Assembly: GCA_016934335.1 (NCBI GenBank)
Contig: JAFGTC010000130.1
Span: 431-64,430 of the forward strand
Length of the DNA: 64,000 bases
Source of the DNA: Candidatus Omnitrophota bacterium
GTDB lineage: Bacteria; Hinthialibacterota; Hinthialibacteria; Hinthialibacterales; Hinthialibacteraceae
Direction: 5' to 3'
Each line of letters opens with the position of its first letter. The stretch's first letter is position 1. This document shows positions 1-9,894 of the stretch, in pieces. Position numbers and translations under genes: made by a program. Below the pieces are notes generated by a model, which saw nothing but the letters and a program-made list of their open reading frames with translations, did no database searches and was not told the origin of the DNA.

Positions 1-284
1 ATCTGTTTCTGGAAAAAAACCAACCGAATGAAGCCATTGAATTAATTGAAGATGCGCTCGAGCAGATCGAGGTGTTTTACAGCGAATTACAACGACCGGA
101 CCTTGTGGAAAAATGCAATGAGATCCATTTTCTCAATCAATTCGCCGAAGAAATACGCCATCAATGGGAAGATGATCCAGTCGGAGCGCTGCGGATTCAA
201 ATGCAGGAAGCCGTGAAGCGTGAAGATTATAAGACCGCCGCAAAAATTCGCGACGAAATCCGCCGCCTCATCGAAATTCAATGA
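1..284 (+). CDS. UvrB/UvrC-motif (UVR domain) protein, 5'-partial
   Basis: The frame is open from the window edge (LFLEKNQPNEAIELIEDALEQIEVFY...) through the listed 72..284 ORF. The C-terminal LRIQMQEAVKREDYKTAAKIRDEI is a textbook UVR coiled-coil motif. Confidence 0.75.
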   Translation, partial: LFLEKNQPNEAIELIEDALEQIEVFYSELQRPDLVEKCNEIHFLNQFAEEIRHQWEDDPVGALRIQMQEAVKREDYKTAAKIRDEIRRLIEIQ

Positions 285-340
285 ACTCTTGTTAAAAATC
301 AGATTAAGTTTGGATATTTAAAGCAATTATAAACAGACGA

Positions 341-1213
341 TTAGCTTTTAATTTTAGCAATCGATCGAGCGGCTTTTAATGTATTGACCAGCAACATGGC
401 GATCGTCATGGGGCCCGGGCCTCCGGGTGATGGACTTAAATAACCCGCAACGCCTTCGGCCTCTTCGCGGTCGACGTCGCCCACCTGCTTAAACTTGCCG
501 TCCACTTCCTCGAAGCTGATCCCGACATCGATGACGGCGGCGCCCGGCTTAATCCAATCGCCTTTGATCATTTTGGCCCTGCCGGTGGCGGCGATCAATA
601 TATCCGCCGTCCGGCATACGCCTGGAAGATCTTGCGTGCGCGAATGGCACATGGTGATCGTGGCGTGCTGCTGCATCAAAAGGCAGGCCATGGGTTTGCC
701 GACGATATTGCTGCGTCCAACGATGACCGCATGCTTTCCTTTGATGGATATACCGGCGTGCTTCAGAATTTCCATGACGCCCAGGGGAGTGCAGGGAACC
801 AGAGAGTCCTGCCCGATCCATAATTTTCCGACATTGACGGGATGGAAGCCGTCTACGTCTTTCATGGGATCGACGCGCCGCTGCACCAATAGAGAATCGA
901 TCTGATCGGGCACGGGCAGCTGGACCAATATTCCATGGACGTTCGGATCGGCGTTCAGGTCGTCGATCCGATCCAGGACTTCTTGTTGGGATGCGTCGGC
1001 CGGGAGTTTGTGCTCGATTGATTTCATTCCCGCTGCAACGCAGGCTTTTCCTTTGTTGCGAACATAGACTTGCGAAGCGGGATTTTCGCCCACTAAAATC
1101 ACGGCCAAGCCGGGCTGTACGGAAGTTTCCCGGGTGAAATCATCGACTTGATGCTTCAATTCATCGCGAATCGTCTTGGCAAGCGCTTTTCCATCTAAAA
1201 TCTGTGCGGTCAT
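341..1213 (-). CDS. folD: Bifunctional methylenetetrahydrofolate dehydrogenase/cyclohydrolase
   Basis: MTAQILDGK start; motifs YVRNK, GILVQLP, KDVDGFHP, PCTP, GRSNIVGKP, VGDVD and PGGPGPMT; 290 aa. Confidence 0.97.
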   Translation of the reverse strand: MTAQILDGKALAKTIRDELKHQVDDFTRETSVQPGLAVILVGENPASQVYVRNKGKACVAAGMKSIEHKLPADASQQEVLDRIDDLNADPNVHGILVQLPVPDQIDSLLVQRRVDPMKDVDGFHPVNVGKLWIGQDSLVPCTPLGVMEILKHAGISIKGKHAVIVGRSNIVGKPMACLLMQQHATITMCHSRTQDLPGVCRTADILIAATGRAKMIKGDWIKPGAAVIDVGISFEEVDGKFKQVGDVDREEAEGVAGYLSPSPGGPGPMTIAMLLVNTLKAARSIAKIKS

Positions 1214-1261
1214 TTCATCACCCTTCTAAAGCGGCGCCGGGCCGGGATTTCTGTTTGTCGA

Positions 1262-1296
1262 GCAAAACAATACTTTATGGCAAAACAATACTTTAT
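1262..1296. repeat. Perfect 17-bp direct repeat x2 (GCAAAACAATACTTTAT, period 18)
   Basis: Copies at 1262-1278 and 1280-1296, in the divergent folD/tlpA intergenic region. Confidence 0.9.
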
Positions 1297-1438
1297 CATG
1301 CCCCGCCGGCTCTTCAACTCTTCCGGATCGGCGTTTGCAATCGCCGGTTTTGATGCCATTCCGTTCCGGAGTATTATCGAATCGCTATAATGGTTCGGGT
1401 TTTTTATGAAAAATAATCAATGAAGGATTGTCTAAAAA

Positions 1439-2101
1439 ATGACGCTATTTCGAAATTCATGTCTCATGTCGATGCTGGCGATTCTGCTATCGCTCTCTCT
1501 CGGGTGCGGCGAACCGCAAAACGAACCGGTGATTTCCATGGAAGAAAACCAAGCCGCATCGACGCCTGCGGAACAGCCTGCACCTGTGGAAGAATCCGTC
1601 GTAAATCAAGAGCCGGAACTGACGTCGGAAGATGTTGAATCTCAGATCGTCCAAACGGCGGTGGCGTATATCACTCTCGACGAATATCTGCAAACCGTTT
1701 CGCTGCGCCATAACAAGCCCTTGTTCGTCAATTTCTGGGCGACCTGGTGCGCTCCCTGCATCGAAGAGATGCCTCATATTGTGGAATTGTATGAGAAATA
1801 TGGAAAGCAGGTCGATTTTCTTGTGGTTTCCTGCGACAGTTTTACCGGCACCGTCGATACGGTTCCCGGCGCCATGAAGACGCTCAAAATGGCGTTCACG
1901 ACGCGCGTTTTAAAAACCGGCGATCAAAACAAGGCCATTTCATCCATCGACGCAGACTGGCAAGGCGCTCTGCCTACGACTTTCGTATATGACGTCAAGG
2001 GGAAAAAGATCAAATCCCTCGTCGGCGCGCAATCCAAAGAAGCGTTTGAAGCCGCCATTCAAGAAGCGCTCCAAACCGTTCTCAAAGTAAAGTTGGATTA
2101 G
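1439..2101 (+). CDS. TlpA/ResA-like thiol-disulfide oxidoreductase, probable lipoprotein
   Basis: Lipobox-like LSLGC, acidic linker, VNFWATWCAPCIEEMP active site and LPTT cis-Pro motif. TATAAT lies upstream at 1386-1391. Confidence 0.9.
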   Translation: MTLFRNSCLMSMLAILLSLSLGCGEPQNEPVISMEENQAASTPAEQPAPVEESVVNQEPELTSEDVESQIVQTAVAYITLDEYLQTVSLRHNKPLFVNFWATWCAPCIEEMPHIVELYEKYGKQVDFLVVSCDSFTGTVDTVPGAMKTLKMAFTTRVLKTGDQNKAISSIDADWQGALPTTFVYDVKGKKIKSLVGAQSKEAFEAAIQEALQTVLKVKLD

Positions 2102-2117
2102 ACTCAGACTGTATTTT

Positions 2118-3371
2118 TTGCTCTTGCAATTTTCAAATAAAATTCCAAATCGGGCCGGTGTTTTTCGATCATTCATGACAAGACAACTGCGAGAATTCAT
2201 CTTTTATTGTTTCAATCAAATCAGCGTTGAACTGCAAAGCGAGAGCATGCTTTCGCTGGCGGAGCGAAAGACCGGCTTGAACGATTGGGGGAATCTGGCA
2301 TTTCGCGAACCGCTGGATGTTTTGTTGGAAGCGCTGCGACGGGAAGCGAAACTGAGCCAAAGGGGGAGGTTTGTTGTTGCGCAGCATTACATGCGCCTGT
2401 TGTGCAATATTTTAAAAATCGTGGATGATTGGAAGCGGCATCCGGAAATTGCGCATGTTCCTGTTGAGGCGCCTATTGTGATTTTAGGCTTCCCTCGAAC
2501 AGGGACGACTTATTTGCACAGCCTGCTCAGCCGGGATCCAGCGTTTCGAACTATGCAATATTGGGAACTTTTGTTTCCCTCTCCGCCCCCCGATCCGGCC
2601 GCGCACCGACAGGATCCCCGAAAGAGACAGGCGCGGCGGTTTGCGTTTTTTATCGGAAAGATTTCACCGAAACTATCCGCGATTCATGAATTGTCGGCGG
2701 AGGCGGTTGAAGAGTGCTGCTTTATTTTTGATCACTTTTTTCTGGATAACATACATCATCTGGTTTTCGACATCCCCTCGTATATCGAATGGTATGACAA
2801 ACACGACGCACTTCCTTCCTACCGGTTTCATCGCCGCATGCTGCAGTATTACGGCTGGAAATTTTCGTTCGAGCGATATGCGCTGAAAGCGCCCCGGCAT
2901 CTGTTCTGCTTGAAGGATTTGCTGGCCGTTTATCCCGGCGCCATGATCGTATGGACGCATCGCAATCCAGAATCGGCTCTGCCTTCGTTGTGCAGTCTAA
3001 GTGAAACCGCCCGGCGCATCATCTCGGATGACATCGACAACCGGCGCATCGGTCGACTTTGCCTGGATCATTTCGATAAGGATTTTAAGGCGGGCTGGGC
3101 GGCGCGAAAAAATTTCGCTCCCGGGCAATTTTATGACGTCCCCTATCGAGAACTGGTACACGATCCCATTGGCGTCGTCCAGAAGATTTACCGGCATTTC
3201 AATTTATCCTATACCGAGGAACTGGACGCCAATCTGTGCGAATCAATCAGCCATGCTAAAAAACAGCCGCGTGAGAAGCACCGATATTCGTTAGAACAAT
3301 TCGGGCTGCATCGCGATGCGATTCACGAGCGCCTTCGTGATTATTATGACCATTTCGGGAAATATTGCTGA
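2118..3371 (+). CDS. Sulfotransferase family protein (Sulfotransfer_3-like)
   Basis: PAPS-binding GFPRTGTTYLH, LKAPRH, WTHRNP and S-x-C-S motifs. The true start may be ATG 2175. Confidence 0.88.
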   Translation: MLLQFSNKIPNRAGVFRSFMTRQLREFIFYCFNQISVELQSESMLSLAERKTGLNDWGNLAFREPLDVLLEALRREAKLSQRGRFVVAQHYMRLLCNILKIVDDWKRHPEIAHVPVEAPIVILGFPRTGTTYLHSLLSRDPAFRTMQYWELLFPSPPPDPAAHRQDPRKRQARRFAFFIGKISPKLSAIHELSAEAVEECCFIFDHFFLDNIHHLVFDIPSYIEWYDKHDALPSYRFHRRMLQYYGWKFSFERYALKAPRHLFCLKDLLAVYPGAMIVWTHRNPESALPSLCSLSETARRIISDDIDNRRIGRLCLDHFDKDFKAGWAARKNFAPGQFYDVPYRELVHDPIGVVQKIYRHFNLSYTEELDANLCESISHAKKQPREKHRYSLEQFGLHRDAIHERLRDYYDHFGKYC

Positions 3372-3442
3372 GATGATGAATCTCGCAGACGCCTCTATTA
3401 TTTTTTATTCTTAAAAGAACTAAGAGGAGTAGGGAATTCTCA

Positions 3443-4786
3443 ATGCAGCCGGATGCTTCTGAAGATATCAGATCGATTATTGATAAAGCGCGTTTGGCGG
3501 GTGAAAACGGACGGGTAGAAGAGGTCGGCCGTTTGCTGGAAGACTCGTTGAGCAAGAATCCCGAATCCGCGGAACTGATGGCGCATCTTGGATATTATTA
3601 TTATCGGCGTGGACGAGGCGGCCGCGCGCTGGCCGTTTTTCTCCGCCGCAACGATCTGATCGAGCCGGATGCGGGAATCTGCCGGATTCTCGCCGAACTC
3701 TATTCTAAGCGAGGGGAGTATACAAAGCAGCGTTTTTGGATGAAGCAAGCCCATTGGCAGGATCCGCAAAAAACATATGCGATACTGCTTCTTTACAGTT
3801 TCTTCAAGCAATTTTTTTCCTCCATTCGCCGCCGCTGTGCGCATTCAAATATTCTGCGCCGCTGCGCGTATATTTTTCTTTGTTTGCAGGAAAAGTTTTC
3901 GCGGGGCGTCATTTATATTTTCGAAAAATTCATTCCTTCCCGGATGTATCCGGAATCGGGCGACGACTCGTTTCGCATGACTGAATTTCTGAGATTCGCT
4001 CGAGATTTTGACGCTCTCTATCGACGCGATGGACTCGCTTTCCATAAAGTTCGTGAAATTCTGATCGCGACGCGCAATTTACCTGTCGCAAACCGTCAAG
4101 CAAATCTTCTTGACGTCGGTACGGGATTAAACACGGCCCCGTTGTTTTGGGCCATGAAGGGATCGTGCGTAACTGCCTTTGATGGTTCGATATACGGGTT
4201 CTCGCATCTAAAAAAAGTTCAGGAGAAGATATCCCAAGAAAATAATTCTATCCGTTTTCATTGCGTCGCGGGAGACGGCGCGCTGCTTCCATTTCAAGAC
4301 GATGCTTTCGATGGAGCATCGGCGCTTTGCATGCTCGAACATATCCCTGAAGACGGCGACATCCATTGCATGCAAGAGATGTTCCGAACGCTCAAGCCGG
4401 GCGGGTTGGCGGTTGTTACGGTGGAAGCCAATTCATGTTCAAAAGACGGCTGGCTCGAAGTCCCCTATGCCATAGGATTTCAAAGCGGGACGGATAAACC
4501 CGTGCAAGAGCGCGGCGGTTATGAGGAAGTCTACTGCCGGAATTATTCACCCGATGATATGATCGAACGCCTGGCGCGCTCCCGGCCTTGGGAGGTTGTT
4601 CAATCGGGATTTTATGACGATCGCGTTCTGCCCATGCGCAGGCGGCTTGCCCCGACTCATATATTCTCGCCTTTCCTGCGGGGGATGCAGCCGCTTCTTT
4701 CCCTGCTGTTTTTCCGCCCCGCTGCGCCGGATAAAAGCCTTTCTCCATCCAGCATCGGGTATCTCATACTTCGCAAGCCGCTGTAA
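3443..4786 (+). CDS. TPR-like N-terminus fused to a class I SAM-dependent methyltransferase
   Basis: Helical N-terminal repeats; LLDVGTG, GDGALLPFQDDAFD, LEHIP and LKPGG motifs. Confidence 0.8.
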   Translation: MQPDASEDIRSIIDKARLAGENGRVEEVGRLLEDSLSKNPESAELMAHLGYYYYRRGRGGRALAVFLRRNDLIEPDAGICRILAELYSKRGEYTKQRFWMKQAHWQDPQKTYAILLLYSFFKQFFSSIRRRCAHSNILRRCAYIFLCLQEKFSRGVIYIFEKFIPSRMYPESGDDSFRMTEFLRFARDFDALYRRDGLAFHKVREILIATRNLPVANRQANLLDVGTGLNTAPLFWAMKGSCVTAFDGSIYGFSHLKKVQEKISQENNSIRFHCVAGDGALLPFQDDAFDGASALCMLEHIPEDGDIHCMQEMFRTLKPGGLAVVTVEANSCSKDGWLEVPYAIGFQSGTDKPVQERGGYEEVYCRNYSPDDMIERLARSRPWEVVQSGFYDDRVLPMRRRLAPTHIFSPFLRGMQPLLSLLFFRPAAPDKSLSPSSIGYLILRKPL

Positions 4787-4867
4787 AATCTTGTTAAAAG
4801 GCATCTCTTTCCAGTTGGATTCGTAGAATTTGAAAGTATGATCACTCGATAGAGCTGTAGAGTAGAA

Positions 4868-5641
4868 ATGGAACAAACAATGCCTGAAAAATCGCGGGAT
4901 ATTATGGACATTCAGCCAAAGTTATCCATCATTATCCCGATCTATAATGAAGAAAGACTGCTGCCCGAAGTACTGCAGCGCATTCGCTCCCTCGAATGGG
5001 CCAACCGGGAAATCATTCTGGTCAACGACTGTTCGACCGATACAACCGAAGCCATTCTCGAACCGGAAAAGAAGAAATCCGATACGGTTGTTTTGACTCA
5101 TTCCGAGAATCTCGGTAAAGGCGCCGCCATCCGGACGGGATTGCGCTATGTAACGGGAGACATCGTTATCATTCAAGACGCCGACATGGAGTATGATCCG
5201 GCGGAAATTGTGCGGGTCATTGAACCGATCGCCCAGGGAGAAGTGAAGGTTTGCTTTGGATCGCGCTTCATGGGATCCGTCAAAGACATGCGCTTGCCCA
5301 ACCGGGTGGGCAACTGGCTGCTGGCCCAGATGGTTTCATGGCTTTTCGGCCAGCGCATTACCGACGAAGCGACCGCCTACAAGGCGTTTCACCGATCGGT
5401 CATCGACCGAATTCCTTTGGAGTGTCATGGATTTGAGTTCTGCCCCGAAGTGACCAGCAAAGTGTTGAAGTTGCGATACAAAATTCTGGAAGTGCCTGTC
5501 ACTTTTAAGGCGCGAACCGTGGCGGAAGGCAAGAAGATCGGCTGGCGCGATTTTATTGTCGCCGTCTGGACTATATTAAAGGTGCGTCTGTTTTGGAGTC
5601 CGAAGAAGGCCACGCCGGCGATCATTCCATCGAAGCAATGA
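4868..5641 (+). CDS. GT2 glycosyltransferase (polyprenyl-phosphate sugar synthase/DPM1-like)
   Basis: LSIIIPIYNE, VNDCSTD, NLGKGAAIRTG, QDADMEYDP and GSRF motifs. Confidence 0.92.
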   Translation: MEQTMPEKSRDIMDIQPKLSIIIPIYNEERLLPEVLQRIRSLEWANREIILVNDCSTDTTEAILEPEKKKSDTVVLTHSENLGKGAAIRTGLRYVTGDIVIIQDADMEYDPAEIVRVIEPIAQGEVKVCFGSRFMGSVKDMRLPNRVGNWLLAQMVSWLFGQRITDEATAYKAFHRSVIDRIPLECHGFEFCPEVTSKVLKLRYKILEVPVTFKARTVAEGKKIGWRDFIVAVWTILKVRLFWSPKKATPAIIPSKQ

Positions 5642-7044
5642 ATGAGAATCGAAAAAAAATCGTTATTTTGGGCGCGGGCGCAGCCGGACTGTCCGCCGCA
5701 TGGAAGCTGCTGCGCGAAGATCCCCGCCTGCATGTCGTTCTCATCGAGCGGGATCCGCTTCCCGGCGGATTGGCCAAAAGCATTTCATGGAAGGGCTATG
5801 CGCTCGATTTGGGGCCGCACCGTTTTTATACGGAAATCCCTGAAGTTAAACAATTCATCAAATCCTTCTGCGAAGAGCGCATGATTCAAGTGACGCGCGC
5901 CAGCCGCATGTATCTTAACGGCCGCTATATTCCTTATCCGATCAAGCCGCTGCCGACGTTTCAGGCATTGGGATTGTCGAATACTCTATCTTTTTCCTTA
6001 TCTGCATTGCGCGTCTTGTGGAATAAGCAATCTGACGCGGAGTCTTACGAAGATTACGTCATCGGATACTATGGGGAAAAACTCTACCGGCGGATCTTTC
6101 AACCCTACGCCGAAAAAGTGTGGGGAATTCCCGCGGCTCAAATTACCGCTGAAACCGCGCGCGTGCGGCTGCGCGGCGAAAATATTTGGCATTCGCTGAA
6201 AGACGGATTGTTGTCCAAGCATGAAACCTATGTCGCGAAATTTCTTTATCCGCCCGGAGGCATCGGCGACATTCCACAGCAATTCGCGCAGGAAATCATC
6301 CGAGACGGAGGCGAGATCAAAATCAATCATGAGGTTACGGGCGTATCGCTGAATGACGGGCGCGTTCATGAGGTGGAAGTCTCCGGCCCGCAAGGCGTTC
6401 AAAAACTCGCATGCGATATATTGATCAATACGGCTCCTCTGCCCCAATTCGCCGAATTGATGCGGCCCGTGCCTCCCGCGGACATTCTATCGGCGTCCGC
6501 TTCCTTGCATTATCGAGCGATTACGCTGCTTTACTTGCAGTATGATGAAGACTTGAACATCAACGATACGTGGCTTTATTTTCCTGAGGAGCATGTTCCT
6601 TTTTCACGGATTTATGTTCCGGACAATTTCGCGCCGCACAAAAAACAGCCGGGAAAGACGTGTTTGTGCGTGGAATTCCCCTGCGACGTCGAATCGGATC
6701 TTTGGCGAATGGACGCTTTCCAACTAGCGGATCTGGCCGATCGTATATTGGCGCCGAGCGGCTTGATTCATCGTCGCAGCATCGACGCCCTCGTCGTTCG
6801 TATTAAGGAAGGATATCCTTTATATGAAATTGGTTACGAGCATCGTGTTAACAAGACGCTTGAATATATTCGCTCCATGGGGAATTGCCTGACCACCGGC
6901 CGCCAAGGACTGTTCCGGCATAACAATCTGGATCAATCCCTGCAGATGGGCCTGCAGGTCGCCGAGCATGTTCTTGAACAGAAAGACAGCGATTCATGGT
7001 ATGACAATATCGACCGGTACAAAGATTATCGAATTGTCGATTAA
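5638..7044 (+). CDS. FAD-dependent oxidoreductase (UDP-galactopyranose mutase/protoporphyrinogen oxidase-like)
   Basis: GAGAAGLSAA Rossmann motif, PGGL, DLGPHRF and GRQGLFRHNNLD. ATG 5638 overlaps the GT2 stop (ATGA), so I prefer it over 5593. Confidence 0.85.
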   Translation: MNENRKKIVILGAGAAGLSAAWKLLREDPRLHVVLIERDPLPGGLAKSISWKGYALDLGPHRFYTEIPEVKQFIKSFCEERMIQVTRASRMYLNGRYIPYPIKPLPTFQALGLSNTLSFSLSALRVLWNKQSDAESYEDYVIGYYGEKLYRRIFQPYAEKVWGIPAAQITAETARVRLRGENIWHSLKDGLLSKHETYVAKFLYPPGGIGDIPQQFAQEIIRDGGEIKINHEVTGVSLNDGRVHEVEVSGPQGVQKLACDILINTAPLPQFAELMRPVPPADILSASASLHYRAITLLYLQYDEDLNINDTWLYFPEEHVPFSRIYVPDNFAPHKKQPGKTCLCVEFPCDVESDLWRMDAFQLADLADRILAPSGLIHRRSIDALVVRIKEGYPLYEIGYEHRVNKTLEYIRSMGNCLTTGRQGLFRHNNLDQSLQMGLQVAEHVLEQKDSDSWYDNIDRYKDYRIVD

Positions 7045-7123
7045 TGAGTCATGAACCGCTCGCAGGCTGACTTTGAATTTACAAAATAGGGCGAAGGCCG
7101 TTTTATGAAGGAAGGAAATTAAG

Positions 7124-8551
7124 GTGGCATTACAAAGGCCCTGGAAAAAAGCATTGCTTGTCGTTCCTCCTACGGGTAAATACATCCGAGAGGAGCGATG
7201 CCAAACTCCCCTGGACGAACTCCACACGGTTGCTCTTCGCCCGCCCATGGATCTTCTCTATATCGCCGGCGCTTTAGAGCAGATCGGCGTTCAAGCGAAA
7301 ATTGTCGACTATCCCGCCCAAGAGGGCGCCTGGGAATCATTCGAGAACGACGTGCGCGGCTTCCAGCCGGACGCGCTGATTCTATCCATCACAACGCCGA
7401 CGCTTGAAGAGGATGTCAAAGCGGCGGCGAAGGCCAAGTCCATTGATCCGGAAATCGTCACTCTCAGCAAAGGCGCTCATTTTCTTCATCTCGATCGTCA
7501 GGCCATGCGGCGGCATTCTCAACTTGATCTGGTCATGCGCGGCGAATATGAGGAGACGGTCAAGGAACTGGCGTCGGGAAAGTCGTGGAGCGATATTCCA
7601 GGCATTACGTATCGGGAGAACACGGATATCACTCGCAATGAAGATCGGCCATTCATTCAAGATATTGATGCCATCGCTTTTCCCGCGCGCCATCTAATAG
7701 ATAACGATCGCTATCGCCGGCCGGACACCGGCGAACCGCAAGCCACGATTGTCACCAGCCGGGGCTGCCCGTATCCCTGCATATACTGCCTGGCGCGCGC
7801 GGTCTCAGGCGCAGCGGTTCGCAACCGCTCGCCGGAAAATGTGGCGGCGGAGTTGAAGGAATGCATCGAGAAGCACGGCATTCGGGATTTTCTTTTCCGC
7901 TCCGATTTGTTTACAGCCAACAAACGATGGGTTCTTTCGCTATGTAAAGCCATCCAGGATGCCAGACTCGACATCCAATGGTCATGCAACAGCCGGGTTG
8001 ATACGCTCAATGAAGAAATGCTGGCCGAAATGAAAAAAGCGGGATGCTGGCTGATCGCTTTTGGCGTCGAGCACGGCGACCCGGTTATGCTGGAATTGAT
8101 GCGCAAGCAGGTCAAATACGAGAATATCGAACCGGCCATCCACATGTGCCGGAAAGCGGGAATCAAAAGCAGCGTCTATTTTCTCATCGGCCTGCCTTGG
8201 GAAAGCCGGCAGACCTTCGAAAAAACCAAATCGTTTGCGCGCAAGTTGGATCCCGATTTCATCGAATTTTTCTATACGTATCCGTTTTACGGCACGGAAT
8301 ATTATGAAGAAGCCGTAAAAGAACAATTATTGCAGGAAGGCGAACTGCCCAAAATCGGCTACAATCAACCGGCGATACCGACCAAATATCTGACGATCGA
8401 TGAATTGAAGCCATTGCGCAAAGAGGCGCTTCGCTCTTTTTATCTTCGCCCGCGTTATATCATTCGCACTCTGGCGGCCAATCCGTCTCCAAAGGTTTTG
8501 TTCAACTATTTCCGATACGGAATCCGTCAATTATGGGATTTATTGACTTGA
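7124..8551 (+). CDS. B12-binding radical SAM protein (HpnJ/BchE-like, class B architecture)
   Basis: N-terminal cobalamin-binding-type domain (GAH, RGEYE), then TSRGCPYPCIYC, RVDT and FGVEHG. Confidence 0.9.
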   Translation: MALQRPWKKALLVVPPTGKYIREERCQTPLDELHTVALRPPMDLLYIAGALEQIGVQAKIVDYPAQEGAWESFENDVRGFQPDALILSITTPTLEEDVKAAAKAKSIDPEIVTLSKGAHFLHLDRQAMRRHSQLDLVMRGEYEETVKELASGKSWSDIPGITYRENTDITRNEDRPFIQDIDAIAFPARHLIDNDRYRRPDTGEPQATIVTSRGCPYPCIYCLARAVSGAAVRNRSPENVAAELKECIEKHGIRDFLFRSDLFTANKRWVLSLCKAIQDARLDIQWSCNSRVDTLNEEMLAEMKKAGCWLIAFGVEHGDPVMLELMRKQVKYENIEPAIHMCRKAGIKSSVYFLIGLPWESRQTFEKTKSFARKLDPDFIEFFYTYPFYGTEYYEEAVKEQLLQEGELPKIGYNQPAIPTKYLTIDELKPLRKEALRSFYLRPRYIIRTLAANPSPKVLFNYFRYGIRQLWDLLT

Positions 8552-8609
8552 TTTTTTTGTATATATGAGAGAGATCGTTTTCTTATCAAGGGAGAAAGAG
8601 GAGATATTC

Positions 8610-9818
8610 ATGAATCGCCGAATGGTTTATTTTATGGCAGTTTTGTGCGTCTTTAGTTTATGCCGGAGCAGTTCGTTTTCGGCGGAAGCGCCCGCCTCTT
8701 CAATCAGTGAACCTTTTTTTGACGTGCGCGGCGGCGTTGATAACTGCCGGATCAAGTTTATGCAGCAAAAAACAGGGCGCATCGCTTATCTGGGAGGCTC
8801 CATCACAACCATGAAGGGGTGGCGCGAATTAACGTACGATCTCTTCAAAAAACGATTTCCTGAAACGAATTTTGAATTCATCGATGCGGGCATCGGGGGA
8901 ACCAATTCCACTCTCGGAGCATTTCGGTTTGAAGAAGATGCGTTCAAAAATGGGCCGGTGGATTTATTGTTTCTCGAATTTGCAGTGAACGACGGCGGCG
9001 GCGACTCTCCCGACAACCGCCGCATGCGCGCGATGGAAGGCATTGTTCGACGCGCCCGGCGCTTGAATCCCAAAATCGACGTCATCATGCAGTATTTTAT
9101 TCATCAGGGGCAAATTCAAGAAATCAATCAAGGCAAAACGCCGGCCGCGATTCTCGATCATGATAAAGTCGCAAAACATTACAACATCCCCATCATTAAT
9201 CTCTCACAGGAAATGACGCGCCGCCTGAATGCAGGCGAATTTACGTGGGATCAATTCTCACGCGACAGCTGCCACCCCAGTCCATTTGGACACGAACAAT
9301 ATCTTCAATGCATTGAAGCTTTTCTTGACGCCGCTTGGAAGAAGCCCATTGCGCCGGATGAAGAGATGCAGACTTATCCGACGCCGGCCCCGCTGGATTC
9401 CATGAATTATGAAAACGGCCGCTTTGTTAATGTAAGACAAACGCTGAGCATCCAAGGTTGGAAACTGGTGGAGGGATGGAAAGCCGAAAAGACCTGCAAC
9501 TATGGCGGCCCGGTCGATGTTTATACGGCGGAACAACCCGGGGATGAACTGAAACTTGTATTCGAAGGCAGCTTGATCGGCATCTACGCCATCGCTGGAT
9601 TCGACGCCGGCATTTTGGAGTATTCGATCGATCATGGAGAGGCTCAGACGCTCGACCTGTTCGATTATTACTGCACACAGTTTCATCGCCCCGTCTGCCG
9701 CATACTCGCCGAAAACCTGACGGCCGGCCGGCATGAGATTACAATTCGTATGAAGAAGGACAAGAATGAGAAAAGCACCGGCCACGCCTGCCGGATTTTG
9801 AAATGGGCGGTTAATTAG
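8610..9818 (+). CDS. Secreted SGNH/GDSL hydrolase family protein
   Basis: GAGGAG RBS before ATG 8610; signal peptide; YLGGSIT, AGIGGTNS, EFAVND and DSCHP blocks. Confidence 0.85.
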   Translation: MNRRMVYFMAVLCVFSLCRSSSFSAEAPASSISEPFFDVRGGVDNCRIKFMQQKTGRIAYLGGSITTMKGWRELTYDLFKKRFPETNFEFIDAGIGGTNSTLGAFRFEEDAFKNGPVDLLFLEFAVNDGGGDSPDNRRMRAMEGIVRRARRLNPKIDVIMQYFIHQGQIQEINQGKTPAAILDHDKVAKHYNIPIINLSQEMTRRLNAGEFTWDQFSRDSCHPSPFGHEQYLQCIEAFLDAAWKKPIAPDEEMQTYPTPAPLDSMNYENGRFVNVRQTLSIQGWKLVEGWKAEKTCNYGGPVDVYTAEQPGDELKLVFEGSLIGIYAIAGFDAGILEYSIDHGEAQTLDLFDYYCTQFHRPVCRILAENLTAGRHEITIRMKKDKNEKSTGHACRILKWAVN

Positions 9819-9894
9819 AAATTTTAAGAAAATGCACCATAAGAAAAGATCAATCCTGATTCGAAATCAATCCTGATGAAATCGAAGACGAATT

